64,000 nucleotides of DNA from an uncultured Methanoregulaceae archaeon (GCA_963701095.1 OY969564.1:1760001-1824000), one strand, 5' to 3'; numbered from the stretch's first letter, positions 30,770 through 42,279 are shown. The notes: generated from the sequence alone by a model not told the origin. Program-made: numbers and translations.

Positions 30770-31342
30770 TCATTCGATAACCGTATAGTACGATCCCTCG
30801 GCACAGTTCCGGCACATCACGTTGCCATCTATTACGGTATGACGGTTGTCCGATATCTGCTCCCCGCATTTACTGCATACGGCTCTCCCCACGGGAAACC
30901 CGGGCTGGTCTTCTTTTGGAATAGTAATCTGGACTTTTTCAATCTTAAGGATCTCATCTTCCGGAATTTTTGCAAGTAATTTGATAACCTCTTTTATGTC
31001 CAGCTTATCGTGTTCAGCCCGGTTCTTTTCATGGATCGATACCCGGACTGCTTTACCCGTGTCTGTGTTCACAAACGTCGCGGCGAATTTCCCGAAATCC
31101 TTGTGCTTGAGGCTGCGGTGCCCCAGAGAACAGCCGGTAATTGCCTGGACAGCATCGGTACCACACCGGTCGATCTCCATATATACAATGAGATTGTGGA
31201 TCGGTTTTTCAGGATCTATTCCCAGTTCGCGAAGACCGGCAATGGATAACCGGGTTCCTAGAACAATACCGGGGCAGACATGCCCGTGAGATGCTTTTGC
31301 TTTTTCAAACAATGTTTCGAAATCGCTCATTTCAACCATCAT
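30770..31342 (-). CDS. FmdE family protein with C-terminal Zn finger
   Basis: HGHVCPG, CGTDAVQ, GKFAATF, CSKCGE...CRNC. Confidence 0.9.
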   Translation of the reverse strand: MMVEMSDFETLFEKAKASHGHVCPGIVLGTRLSIAGLRELGIDPEKPIHNLIVYMEIDRCGTDAVQAITGCSLGHRSLKHKDFGKFAATFVNTDTGKAVRVSIHEKNRAEHDKLDIKEVIKLLAKIPEDEILKIEKVQITIPKEDQPGFPVGRAVCSKCGEQISDNRHTVIDGNVMCRNCAEGSYYTVIE

Positions 31343-31350
31343 CCTTTCTT

Positions 31351-32265
31351 TTATCTTCGATTATAAGGTGCGGTCACTTCGGGTAGTCCCCTGGTCCACC
31401 AGATGTGTGCTCCAAGGGTTTCTCCACCCAGCACAAATCCATCGTTTTCCTGGCGCAGGATCGACTGGAAGTAATTGCTGACCGTTTCTTTATGGGCGGC
31501 TGTGGAACACTTTAATCTCTGGGAAAAATCGTTGACCGCATCGTCGATGGAGGCATAAACTGACGGCGGGAATTTTACTTCAACCTGGAGATTTGCATGG
31601 ATTTCCATCTCGCAGAGCACCTGCCAAAGCCAGTCGGCCATGGGTTCTCCAGGGAATTCCCCTCCGTGGAGGAGCGGCCAGAGATCCTTGTTTACCTGGA
31701 CCCATGCAGGAGGTGTGAGGAACCAGAAGAGGTGAACGGTACCGGCACAGCATTCCTGCATTTTTGCAAGAGCTTTCCCGATATCCATCATCGTAAGTGA
31801 ATAAGATGCGATGACCACATCGAATTTACCGTCAAGTTCCTCTATGGTAACATCCTCCCAGCGCTTAGGGATGATCCTGATATCCCGCACTCCCTTTTCA
31901 TGCATGTTCTCCGCCAATGCCTCCCGCATGACCGGAGAGGGTTCGACGACCGTAACCTCGCACCCGTGTTCAGCAAGTGGTACTGCGTATGTTCCCGGGC
32001 CGGTGCCAATATCAAGGACACGGGATCCGTTGGGAATAGCTAAAGCAGCGGCGCGGGCACCATCGTCACTGTTGTGCTTTTTCCTGCCTTTCATGTAGAC
32101 GCTATCAATCATTTTTCTGTTTTTCCAGAACTGGTGGGCATTACCATATCCCGGCACAGCACAGTGGGCCAGTTTCAGTTTACGCCACTGTTCCCTCCAG
32201 AAAAAGGGATCTTGTTTTGGGAATGCAGGCTTCTTGAGCTCAGCAGCAATAGTTCGTGATTTCAT
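31351..32265 (-). CDS. Class I SAM-dependent methyltransferase (paralog 1)
   Basis: VLDIGTGPG, WEDV, DVVIASYSL, AHIWW. Confidence 0.88.
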   Translation of the reverse strand: MKSRTIAAELKKPAFPKQDPFFWREQWRKLKLAHCAVPGYGNAHQFWKNRKMIDSVYMKGRKKHNSDDGARAAALAIPNGSRVLDIGTGPGTYAVPLAEHGCEVTVVEPSPVMREALAENMHEKGVRDIRIIPKRWEDVTIEELDGKFDVVIASYSLTMMDIGKALAKMQECCAGTVHLFWFLTPPAWVQVNKDLWPLLHGGEFPGEPMADWLWQVLCEMEIHANLQVEVKFPPSVYASIDDAVNDFSQRLKCSTAAHKETVSNYFQSILRQENDGFVLGGETLGAHIWWTRGLPEVTAPYNRR

Positions 32266-32288
32266 GTAAACACAATGTTTTCTCTTTG

Positions 32289-33139
32289 TTAGTTATCGTC
32301 CGAATCTGATACCGGAACCGTTCCCCCGGATTTTTCCAATGCGTCCAGTGGATTGGGAGCTGTTCCGGTCACGATCGCGACCGTGACATCGAGGTAGTTT
32401 CCTTGTATCGTAATCTGGAACTGGCCTGAGCTGTACACGGGGATAAAGCGTGGGCCAGGTAATGAGGTAGTACTTACCGTAGTCTGGCCGTTAACTGACG
32501 TGGTTGTATATCCAGTTGTGGAAATCTCGTAGTGGCCGATATCGGAGTGTACTGCCGGCCATACCCATCCTCTGCCACAATCTCATTGGTCTGGTTGTCC
32601 CGGATGGTGATCGACATATACGGGTTGTTTACCGGAACAAGAATCGTTCCTCTGCATGAATCGGGATCTGCGAGACAGTCAAACTTGGGATTGACCATAT
32701 ACACAACATACAAGGGTCCCTGTGCTACATTTACGAGAAGACCTACTGCATTGCCGGTAAGCGTATAGGTCTTGGTAAATTGCGGTCTCAGGTACTGGAA
32801 TGCAGGCTGGAGAGGCGTTTCATTGATTTTAGTCGCGTTAGGAAAAACATACGGATCTGGCGTCACGTCGGGTGTTACCTCAGTAACGATATCTGACATG
32901 GCAGGGGTCATAAAAACACCCGGATCTGCTGTTAAATTACTTTGCGGGATCACAGATGGTGAGGTGTTTGGAATGGCTGTTACCACTGGCGTGATAGATA
33001 TGTTGCCGGTTGCCGATCCCCCGCTAATGGCATTCTGGGCGATTTTGATACACCCGGTTGAACCTGCCATGAGAACGATTAGGAGGAAAAGACCAAGCGG
33101 GAGGCATCCTGCCGGCGCCTTTCTTTTCTCAATCCTCAT
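32289..33139 (-). CDS. Secreted or lipoprotein hypothetical (frameshifted near 32540)
   Basis: Signal peptide with STGC, P/T-rich linker; continues in another frame (GPRFIPVYSSGQFQITIQGNYLDV) to TAA at 32289. Confidence 0.6.
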
Positions 33140-33187
33140 AATATTCATTTCCTGCGGGGTGTGTCCGTGTGATTTCAACCATCTCCC

Positions 33188-34852
33188 TCAAGTCCCACCT
33201 TTAAGAACAACAACTTCCGCAACGGTGTTTGCATATGCATCGTCTTCGCCCCCGTAACTCATCTGGCCGAGGGAAAGACCCGGCCCTGTCAGATCGAGAT
33301 AATAGTACTTCTTTCCATCGATCGGGTAATAGTACCCGTTGCAGTTATCACAGGCTACCCCGACGATTGCATGACCGGCGTCCCTGCCAGCCACTTGGGG
33401 TAAAAGCACGATCGCAACATCGTAGTTCATATCTTTAAGAAGGGCTGCAGCAAGGATTGAATCATCAATGCAGTCACCGTTTCCTTCAACAAGGGTCTCG
33501 ACCGGGTATTTCCAGTAATCATTTGCATCAGTCGTTGTCTGTCCGGTCGCCGGATCGGTATGCAGTGCATAGGGTATTGACTGCACAAACGCAGTGACCG
33601 TGTGATAATCATCCCTGGCTGCCAGGTTCTGGTTGCCACTGGTGTCCTTGAGCTGCCCGATCAGGTCATAGAGGTAGAATTGGTCCTCATCGCTGAGCGT
33701 ATAATTGTCAAGCGCGGTTGCATTTGTTGGATGCGTCTGGTTTTTGTAATAGTAATACAGGCTTTTTGGAATATGCAGGGTTACCGATTCCGCACGTCCC
33801 CGTGAAAACCAGCTGTATGTTTTCTCGAATACCTGGTCCGTTCCGGCTGAGGTATCATTGCCTCCTGAGTTGTAACTCAGAAGGGAAGGCTTACTGGTAT
33901 CGTTGGGATCCGTGCTGAGCGTCGCAAAAATTTCCAACGTTTCCCCGCCGGTAAGATTAAAAGAGGCATCCTGGGTCGTGTAATTAGGTTTCTGAAAATC
34001 AAGGCTGTAATATCCCGCAGGAACACCTTCAAAGTTTGCAGGAGTCATGGTTTTGTAGGTGCCATTTAGGAACAACGCAGCGCCGTCCGGTGAGGAATCG
34101 ATAATAATGGTACCGGTATCGGGGATTTTTTCAAGATCTGCCTGTACAAGCCCGGATGTGCCACCCTGAACCACAATGGTCTGCGTATAATTCATATACC
34201 CCGGTTTCTGGACGATGAGGGTGTGGTTGCCGGCAATAACACTTGAAAACAGTGTAGGCGTTGTTCCAAAAAGGGTCCCGTCAAGGTAAGCAGTTGCATT
34301 TCCCGGAGATGATACCACATCCAGGAATCCGGTTTGAGGGACCGGGACCAGGAACTCGTTGTAGGTAGGAATCATTCCGGGTCCGGCGGTTACAGTGTCA
34401 GTATAATCCTCATAGCCGGATTTACGGATCAGGATTGCATGGGGACCCGGATAAAGTGCATCAATCAGGAGTGGTGTTGTTCCCTGCTGCAGTATCCCAT
34501 CAACAAAGATGCTCCCTCCGGGAGGGTCCGAGGTGATGTAAACGCTCCCTCGATCATCTGTGCGCTGGAGGTTTGCCACAATTGCCTGGGGAATTCCGGG
34601 TTCCAGTGTCACATCATCGATGTAATCAGCATAGCCATTTGCACTCATTATGATGGTATGGTTGCCGCAGGGAAGTTCAAGTTCTTCTTGAGGGACAGTG
34701 CCAATCAGGGTTCCGTCAATGCTTATTGCCGCACCGTCGGGAATAGAAAGCGCGGTGAGTGTACACGAATCTGTAGATGCGGCTGCTGGAACAAGAAAAA
34801 GAACCTGCATGAAGAGCAGGATGATAATAGGAATTAAAAACCGGGTTTTCAT
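33188..34852 (-). CDS. Secreted PEGA-repeat protein with C-terminal transglutaminase-like domain
   Basis: Signal peptide, four S.P.GA...DG...G.TP PEGA repeats, GDC...GHA...YLD catalytic triad. Confidence 0.85.
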   Translation of the reverse strand: MKTRFLIPIIILLFMQVLFLVPAAASTDSCTLTALSIPDGAAISIDGTLIGTVPQEELELPCGNHTIIMSANGYADYIDDVTLEPGIPQAIVANLQRTDDRGSVYITSDPPGGSIFVDGILQQGTTPLLIDALYPGPHAILIRKSGYEDYTDTVTAGPGMIPTYNEFLVPVPQTGFLDVVSSPGNATAYLDGTLFGTTPTLFSSVIAGNHTLIVQKPGYMNYTQTIVVQGGTSGLVQADLEKIPDTGTIIIDSSPDGAALFLNGTYKTMTPANFEGVPAGYYSLDFQKPNYTTQDASFNLTGGETLEIFATLSTDPNDTSKPSLLSYNSGGNDTSAGTDQVFEKTYSWFSRGRAESVTLHIPKSLYYYYKNQTHPTNATALDNYTLSDEDQFYLYDLIGQLKDTSGNQNLAARDDYHTVTAFVQSIPYALHTDPATGQTTTDANDYWKYPVETLVEGNGDCIDDSILAAALLKDMNYDVAIVLLPQVAGRDAGHAIVGVACDNCNGYYYPIDGKKYYYLDLTGPGLSLGQMSYGGEDDAYANTVAEVVVLKGGT

Positions 34853-34863
34853 TTTTTCCCTCG

Positions 34864-35834
34864 TCAAGATGGTCTAGTTTTTATGACCGGGTGACATGCA
34901 CTCGATGCATGGTTGTTATCACTTGACTTTTGTTGGACGCCGGACTCAGTTTTAACATTTTCCGACCGCTGGTCCGGAGCATTCCACCAGATATGGGCAC
35001 CGAGAGCACGGCCGTCGACGAAGTACCCATTTTCGGTTTTCTTCAATGTACGGTGGAAATACTCGCGAAGGATGTCCATCTGCTGAGGTGTTGTACAGTT
35101 CATGCGGCCACTGAATTCAGTAACTGCATCCTCAAGTGAAGGATAGACCGCAGGATCGCACCGGGTTCAACGGTAAGGTTTGCGTAAATCCCCATCTCGC
35201 AAAGCGCCTGCCAGAGACAGTCTGAAGTCGGTTCACCGCAGAAGTCCGACCCGTGCAGCTGGTTCCATACGCCGGCATTGACCTGTGCCCAAAGGGGTTG
35301 GGTTAAAAACCAGAAAATATGGACAGTTCCCCGGCATGACTGCTGCATTTTCAAAATGGCCTCACCGATATCGGTAACCATGAGGCTGTAGGAAGCGACG
35401 ACTGCATCGAAAGGTACGCCAAGTTCTTCTAGTGTCACGTCCTCCCACCGTTTGGGAATGAGGGTGATCTCCCGGCATTTTTCTTCCCGCTGGTACTCAC
35501 GCAGGGCCTCTCCCATGACCGGCGAGGGCTCAATAGCCGTGACGTCGCACCCATGCGCAGCGAGGGGAACTGCGAGCACCCCTGTGCCTGCACCGATATC
35601 CAGGACCCGTGATCCGTCCCTGACATTCATTCCCGCGATCCGGGTTTCGGCCATATCCCGCCATTCGTTTAGATCGTGAATAAAGTGACTTTTTATTGCC
35701 TTTTTATCGTTCCAGAAGCTATTGCCCTCAGTCTTACGTGTTTCAAGAAGGGCGAGCCTCTTTCGCTGCCACCGGTCCCGCCAGTAGGTTTGTCCATAAT
35801 TCGGTGTTCCGTGGACCGAACCATCCGGTGTCAT
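34864..35834 (-). CDS. Class I SAM-dependent methyltransferase (paralog 2; frameshift near 35150)
   Basis: VLDIGAGTG, WEDV, ASYSL; C-terminal LGAHIWW lies in the 34864-35103 frame. Confidence 0.82.
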
Positions 35835-35971
35835 GTCTATATTATTGTACTAACTTTTTCATTTATTAAATACAATGATTAAACGTTGCTATAGATGCAT
35901 CAAGTCTTTATGCATGGGATCTTTGAAGTCTCCATTTTACCTATAAAGGTGAGAATCCCGGGGTATTACCA

Positions 35972-37671
35972 TTAAGTTTCAGGAAGGCCTACCTCGTGAT
36001 TAAATTTGGTATATTCCTCAGGAAGGGAATATTGAAAGATATCCGGGTGGAGGATATTTGCAACATCCATAAGCCCGAGAGCCCACCGCTGGGAACTGCC
36101 AGCGAGGTCCGTATTAAGGGTGTATACCCTCCCGGTATCAAGTGCCCGGCAGGATATCCCGAGTTCTTTGCACGTACTGATGAATTCTGCAACGGGAGTT
36201 GCGAAATTGCCCGATATAATAATAACCTCAGGATCAAGCGCATTGAGTTCTTCGACCGTGTATTCCGGGTTTGCACTTTCAGTTAAGCCGAGTTCCTTGT
36301 TAAGGCTCATCCCCCCCGCAATCTCGACAAGCTGATTTTCGGTTTTTACGGCATAGAGCGGGAGGAGCGGGTGACTGAGAACCGCGTAAACCCGGGGTTT
36401 TTCAGCAGTCGAAGCCTTTTGCTGGATATCAGTTATGACATGCTGTGTGTATCCTATCAAATGGTTTGCTTGGTCTTCGTGGTGAGCGAGCGTGGCGAGA
36501 TACCGTATCATATCGAAATATTTTCCGTACGTGCTCATATGATCCTGGAAATTGCTGATATAGCCGTTTTCGATGACTGTATTGCAGATCCGGTCGATTA
36601 CCCGTTCATCGGTTACTCCGAGAGTACCTAATATTTTGCTGATAAACTGCATGCCCATGATCGACCGGTACCCCCCAAGGATCTGGACTTCGCCTTCGAA
36701 AATGGGATCGATCTCACCCCGAAAGGGGAAGTGGTAACCGCAGCTGCATTTGCCATCCGACGGGCATGAGAGCACCCGGGCCGCCATCGGACCGAAAAAG
36801 ACCCGGTGGATGATCGTTTTCCCGCAAACCGGGCAACGTGAATCCAGTTCAGTCGTCGCACACGTGTTGAACAGGTACACATGATCGAAGTACCGGCGCA
36901 GATCGGCGCAGAGCTGCTCTCCTTGAGCCCGGTGGGAGCGATAGGTTCGAGGTTTTCATGGGTCGCCATAAAGCGCATCACCTGGAACGGGATAGATCGC
37001 GAGATTACACTGATCCGCTCTGCCGCTCCGATTACTTCCAGCTCCCTTCCGTTGAGGTACATAACGGAAACCTCGACGGCGACTCCGGCATCGTAGAGGG
37101 TTTTCAGGTTGCGGTAGGTCGGTACTGCCGATACTGCCCCACACTCGCGGTACCGTTCGTCAGTCGACCCTTTGAGGCCAATATTGACAAAGTCCAGGTA
37201 CGGCAGCATCATCTGCAACGTTGCTTCTGTCATGTAACCGTTGCTGGAACAACCGACAAGGAATCCCTCCTTTTTTGCGGCCTGTGCGACTTTTAAAAAA
37301 GTGGGGAGGGAAACCGTGGGTTCATTCAGGCAGAACGTGATGCCCCGGCAGGCATATCCCCGTGCTATGGCGAGGATCTCATCTGGTGTGTGGTGGTTGA
37401 GGATATCCTGCAGGGTTCCTTTACGGATAGTCTGGAATTCAGATATGCATCCTTCACAGGTAAAGTTGCAACCTATGGTGCTGAGGAGGAGGAAGATACT
37501 ATTGGGGTAAAAGTGAAGCATCGGAATAGATTCGCTTGAGACCGGGTAGATATTGAGATAACTGTCTGGATAGTTCTCCGTAATCGTGCCCATACTGTTT
37601 CGATACATACGGCAATACCCGTTCTGGCTTTCCTGTATATCACAGGCCCGTTCACAATAGCTGCATCTCAT
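35972..37671 (-). CDS. Radical SAM protein (AmmeMemoRadiSam-like) fused to a periplasmic-binding-protein-like domain (frameshift near 36932)
   Basis: CxxCxxxC N-terminus, GCNFTCEGC; adding one C joins the 36628-37671 and 35972-36880 frames; C-terminus KPRVY...VEIAGG...EELNALDPEVI. Confidence 0.8.
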
Positions 37672-38571
37672 GGAAATTTTCCTTTGACGTGTTTTGGTAC
37701 TGTTTGATGACTTCCTGCCATGGTGGATTTCCGATAGACATTTGTCTTCTCTGCAGATTTTCCGAAGAAATGGTAACCGGAGCCTCCTTCAGCAATGGTG
37801 TCGAGCAAGACATCTGGAGCGATGACCACGTCACCGCCCAGCAACGTAACGCCGCGCCGGAAGAACGCATCCGGAAGCATGCTGGCAGTCGGTCCAACAA
37901 CAATGATTGTTGTCCCGGGTTTAGCGGTGGCAAGTAAAGGTTCAAGTGTATTATTGAGAAGGGTTGTACCCGTGATGATGAGCATGTCCGCCCTTTGGAT
38001 TGCTGCCTCAGTCTGATTTTTTGGGATGATAAAGGGGAGTTCATCAGGTTTTAGGGTGCGTGGGTCGAGTTCAAGGATCCCAAACGGCTTTCCCCGGGTT
38101 TTCAGTCGCTTGAGGATTGGGACAAGTGCCCCGACCACGACTACATATCCCTCATCAGGAATAGGGGTTGTGTCGAGTACATCTTTGCCGGTTTCCCTGC
38201 CGAAATGCAGATCGACCCTCCTCTTCCTGCAGCTTTCCGAGAGTGCGCTTACAATAGCGATGCCAACCGCCTTCTTCAATGGGGGTGCTTGTGGAAGATC
38301 CCTAATGAATTCAGCAGCACTGCAGCCGGTAAATCGTCCTGGGAAAGGCATGGCCCGGGCAGAACTGGGGCAGCAGACTGCGTCCGGGATCTCTTTTATA
38401 GGCGTAAAGCAGATGCCCCCGGAACCGTCGCTGAGTTTCACACCGGTAAAGAAAATCCCTATGACGACTCGTTCAATAGAAATTTTTTCGAAATCGCTGC
38501 AAAGGGTTTTCCGTATCTGTGTGATGGTCTCTTCAAGAATCGAACCGGGCCGGTTGAGGTACTTCTGCCAT
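37668..38571 (-). CDS. DUF364 family (putative heavy-metal chelation, Rossmann-like) protein
   Basis: VIGIFFTGVKL, ITGTTLLNNT, VVGPTAS; frame open well upstream of 38441; start uncertain. Confidence 0.8.
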
Positions 38572-38579
38572 ATGTATCT

Positions 38580-39428
38580 TTAACCCTCTTTTTCCCACCA
38601 GATCTTTGCCTGTGATGACTGCATTTTCATGAAATACTGTCCATTTTCGCACTGGAGCGTTTTCTGAAGATGTTTTTTGAGTACGGCGATTTGCCTCTCC
38701 TCTTTGAGATGCAGGACTTCCCGTTGATCGTCCACTGCTTCGTCGAAACTTGAAAAACTGATCGTACGATCCGCACGGGAAATTTCAACATTGGCGGAAA
38801 CTCCCATCTGGTAGAGCAGATTGAAAATAATGTTGGGCGTCCGGTTTGTAGCTGGTTGTTCTCCAAAGAGTTCCTCCCATATTTCGAGATATTGTCTATG
38901 ACGAGGCGACACTAGATCTGCAAACCAGAAGATATACACGTATTTCCGGGAAACGGCGTCCATCTTTTCAATGGCATCCCGAAGGTCAGGTACGCCGAGA
39001 GAATAGGATGCAACTACCACGTCATACGGCGGGTTGAGATCTCGTTGGATATCCACATCTTCCCACGTTTTCTGGATGGTTGTAATATTGTGAATTTCGC
39101 TATCACGGATATTGTTGTGAAGGCATTCGAGCATCCCGGAAGAGGGCTCAACGGCCGTAACATGCCGGACCATTCCGGAGAGCGGGATAGCAAGTGTCCC
39201 GGGGCCGGCGCCGATATCGAGGACCCTGGAGTCCGGGTCGATCTTCATGGCAGAGATGCGTTCCCGTGCATCTCTCCAGTTGTCTTCTTTGACCATATGG
39301 TCGAATTTTCTGCACCGTGCTGGATCCGACCATCTCGCGGCGCAGCTCGCACATTCGTCTTGGGCTCTTTTCTCTTTTTCCCTCTCTTTCCAGACTTCGT
39401 TCCAGTCTATGGCACTACTGTCCTGCAT
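38580..39428 (-). CDS. Class I SAM-dependent methyltransferase (paralog 3)
   Basis: IDWNEVWK, VLDIGAGPG, WEDV, DVVVASYSL, AKIWW. Confidence 0.88.
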   Translation of the reverse strand: MQDSSAIDWNEVWKEREKEKRAQDECASCAARWSDPARCRKFDHMVKEDNWRDARERISAMKIDPDSRVLDIGAGPGTLAIPLSGMVRHVTAVEPSSGMLECLHNNIRDSEIHNITTIQKTWEDVDIQRDLNPPYDVVVASYSLGVPDLRDAIEKMDAVSRKYVYIFWFADLVSPRHRQYLEIWEELFGEQPATNRTPNIIFNLLYQMGVSANVEISRADRTISFSSFDEAVDDQREVLHLKEERQIAVLKKHLQKTLQCENGQYFMKMQSSQAKIWWEKEG

Positions 39429-39450
39429 GTCCTGTAGTATCTGTATTTGT

Positions 39451-39471
39451 TTAACAACTGTATATGGTTAA
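39451..39471. promoter_or_regulatory. Candidate operator TTAAC-N11-GTTAA
   Basis: Dyad upstream of the methyltransferase operon; same dyad and spacing at 43184-43204. Confidence 0.45.
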
Positions 39472-39685
39472 TTGAATTATTTTGATAAATGATTAATTTG
39501 ATCAATGTATTTTCGGCGCCCAAAATCCGGCGAGACCGGTTGAAATCATTGGATAATACAAGAATATAATTGCGGCAATGAAGTAAGTGATCATCAGATA
39601 ACCGAACAATCTGGCGGCACGTACCCCTTTAAAGGGGTGTCGGTTATTGTTGATCTCATATGCGATCCAGATGGCTGCCATAATA

Positions 39686-39949
39686 CTATAGAGCCATACA
39701 AAGGATCGGAAGAAGGATCACGAGATGGGGAAGGGCGTTCTGGTACGGTTCCAGGAGAGCAAGCCAGTAGGTTCCTTTGAACGCATCTTGAACCGTACCT
39801 ATAAGGGCAAAGAAAAAGAGCGCTGCAAGGATGAGCCAGCCCCTTATATACTCCCCACTGTTGTAAACCGGGACAGACTGCAGAAACTGCACCAGGTCCC
39901 TGCCAGTTTTTCCCTTTTAATTGATAGGTAACAATCACGGGATACCATG
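39686..39949 (-). CDS. Small hydrophobic hypothetical protein (start uncertain)
   Basis: Two hydrophobic segments in the 39686-39892 ORF. Confidence 0.35.
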
Positions 39950-39956
39950 ATGCTAG

Positions 39957-40592
39957 TTACCCGGTGATCGTGACTACGGGTTCCGAGATCCGGATTCCGC
40001 TCGAAGAGTCAATTATATCGAGATAGAATCTCTTCCCAATATTGGTTGGATTTACGAACATGATCGTCCATAAATAGAAATCGGGATCGCCGCTGAAGGT
40101 CCATTCGCCATTGACTAAGGAAAAGTATCCTTTTGAAGGATATGGTTATGATGAATTCTCAAACGTTGCAGGATTACAGTTGGTGATGTTCACGTACCAA
40201 GTGTCTCTCGGGTTGAACGATGTGATGTCGTAACCGTCTATATTATCCGTTACAGGGTTGCGGAAAGCAATCGGTGTCCCAGCGGAATTGGTAACATTTG
40301 AAAGGTCGACGACACTTATGGTGCTTGTACCAAGGTTCGGGCCGAAAGAAGGTCCGTTTCTGGTCTCTATAATAAGACTGCTTGTCGGGAGCGCCTCGCC
40401 GCCGGCATTGGTGATTGTCATCCCTGAAGTGACACTGAATGTACCTATGATGACTGCAGTGGGTGCTTTCGTCTGGCCATTCACGAGTCCACCAGAAAAT
40501 CCGCTAACGATCGCAGCTATGATGATGGTCACAACGAGCATCAACATAACACCGACTATCGGCGAGGCTGCATGTTCGCTGACCGTTTTCAT
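39957..40592 (-). CDS. Archaeal type IV pilin (Pilin_N/DUF1628), copy B' (frameshift near 40146)
   Basis: AA|SPIVGVMLMLVVTIIIAA class III signal; C-terminus ...FVNPTNIGKRFYLDI...VTITG ends at TAA 39957. Confidence 0.85.
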
Positions 40593-41356
40593 GATCCCTC
40601 CGTAACCGGGACGCCCTCACTGAAGATCGTAGCACCTGTAGGAGTATATATCACCTTGACATCCACCTTATCCCCACCCCGGAGTTGCTCCCAGCCGCCA
40701 CCGAGAACAGATATCGTTGGATCTACCGTACTACCTGCAGTAAATTCAGAGCCGGAGACATAGGAATAGGGGGTTACACCGTTGTATCCCCCATTGAAAT
40801 ATGAACCTCGGGGTGGACCGTAAGCTGGATAGGCAAAAAGGCCGACGCCCGCTTGAAGCGTGTAATTCCCGAAATAACCATCAGGATAATTCCAGTCCTC
40901 TGTACCCTGAATAATTCCTTTTCCCACTCCAAAAGGTACTGTCGCACCAGTCCAAAGTTCACCCACGTTCTGGCTGTTCGGTAGTGAGGTGTTTCCCCCG
41001 ATAAAGAAGGTTCCATCAGCAATTTTGGCCATAGATGTACCTGCCAAATCTGCACTGGTGTTGTCCTTCATCGTGGTGGTCCAGGAAGTCACAATCTTGA
41101 GCTGATTCGTATTGATCGGCTGACTTACCCCAAGTACATTTCCTGAGAATCCACTATCCAAATAACTTCCAGTATTAACAATCTGAACATCCATGGTAAG
41201 GGTCGGGGATTTTTGATGCCCCCCTACCAACCCCCCCGCAAATCCGCTGACGACCGCTGCTATGAGGACAGTCACAATCAGCATCAGCATAACGCCAACG
41301 ACCGGCGAGACTCCATCTTCGTCATTTTTTTCCATCATTCGTTTCAGATACTGCAT
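40589..41356 (-). CDS. Archaeal type IV pilin, copy A'
   Basis: DG|VSPVVGVMLML; C-terminus GGGWEQL..GD.V.VKVIYTPTG. Confidence 0.9.
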   Translation of the reverse strand: MQYLKRMMEKNDEDGVSPVVGVMLMLIVTVLIAAVVSGFAGGLVGGHQKSPTLTMDVQIVNTGSYLDSGFSGNVLGVSQPINTNQLKIVTSWTTTMKDNTSADLAGTSMAKIADGTFFIGGNTSLPNSQNVGELWTGATVPFGVGKGIIQGTEDWNYPDGYFGNYTLQAGVGLFAYPAYGPPRGSYFNGGYNGVTPYSYVSGSEFTAGSTVDPTISVLGGGWEQLRGGDKVDVKVIYTPTGATIFSEGVPVTEGS

Positions 41357-41633
41357 ATTGTTCCCTCTGAAATTCTTGCGCTTACCTCAACAAACGAACG
41401 CTCTTTTATATAAATCATAAACTGAAAAGAGGCTGGATCTCCTAGATGAAATGCTGAATATATCGGTTGTGTAATTTTTCCATATGAAGGGTGGTCAAAT
41501 CGCATCATTCACCCACTCATAGGAAAAATAAAAAAGTGAGATGAGGATGTTATTCCGGCAAGAACGCAATCGTCCCTGTCAGGTTTCCCTTTTTTCCAAA
41601 TGATTTACAGCAAATGAAACTCCACAATTCTGA

Positions 41634-42275
41634 TTATCCAGTGATCGTGACCTGCGACTGCGAGATCACGGCTCCGCTTGCCTGGTCATAGACATCGAGA
41701 TAGAACGCCTTCCCGATGTTTGCAGGGTTCACGAAGTTGAGGGCCCAGAATCCATCCGTTGGAGTGGTGAAACCCCATACACCGTTATTATTGGCGGGGA
41801 GGATATAGGATCCATGTTTCGACAGGGCCGATGTGGCGGACTCTGATAATACTGGGTTGCAGTTTGTGATGTTCAAGTACCATGTGTCGCCCGGGTTGAA
41901 CGAAGTGATATTATATCCATCGATCGATTGGGTACTCGGGTTCCAGAACGCAACCGGTGTGCCGGCCGAGTTAGTAACGAGCGTGAGGTTTAAATCACTT
42001 ACTGTAGTTGACCCAAGTCCTGGGCCGAATGTCGGTCCGTTCGATGTCGTGATAAGGATACTGCTTGATGGAAGTGAGTCTCCACCCGCATTAGTAATGG
42101 TCATACCTGAAGTAACACTGAAGGTTCCCGTGATAGTTGCCTGCGGTGCTTTTGTCTGGCCTTTCGCAAGGCCGCCAGCAAATCCGCTGACAACTGCTGC
42201 GATAATAATAGTCACGACCAGCATCAGCATGACACCGACGACTGGTGAGACTGCATTTTCCTTGTAATGCTTCAT
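41634..42275 (-). CDS. Archaeal type IV pilin, copy B
   Basis: NA|VSPVVGVMLML; paralog of 39957-40592. Confidence 0.9.
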   Translation of the reverse strand: MKHYKENAVSPVVGVMLMLVVTIIIAAVVSGFAGGLAKGQTKAPQATITGTFSVTSGMTITNAGGDSLPSSSILITTSNGPTFGPGLGSTTVSDLNLTLVTNSAGTPVAFWNPSTQSIDGYNITSFNPGDTWYLNITNCNPVLSESATSALSKHGSYILPANNNGVWGFTTPTDGFWALNFVNPANIGKAFYLDVYDQASGAVISQSQVTITG

Positions 42276-42279
42276 AATT

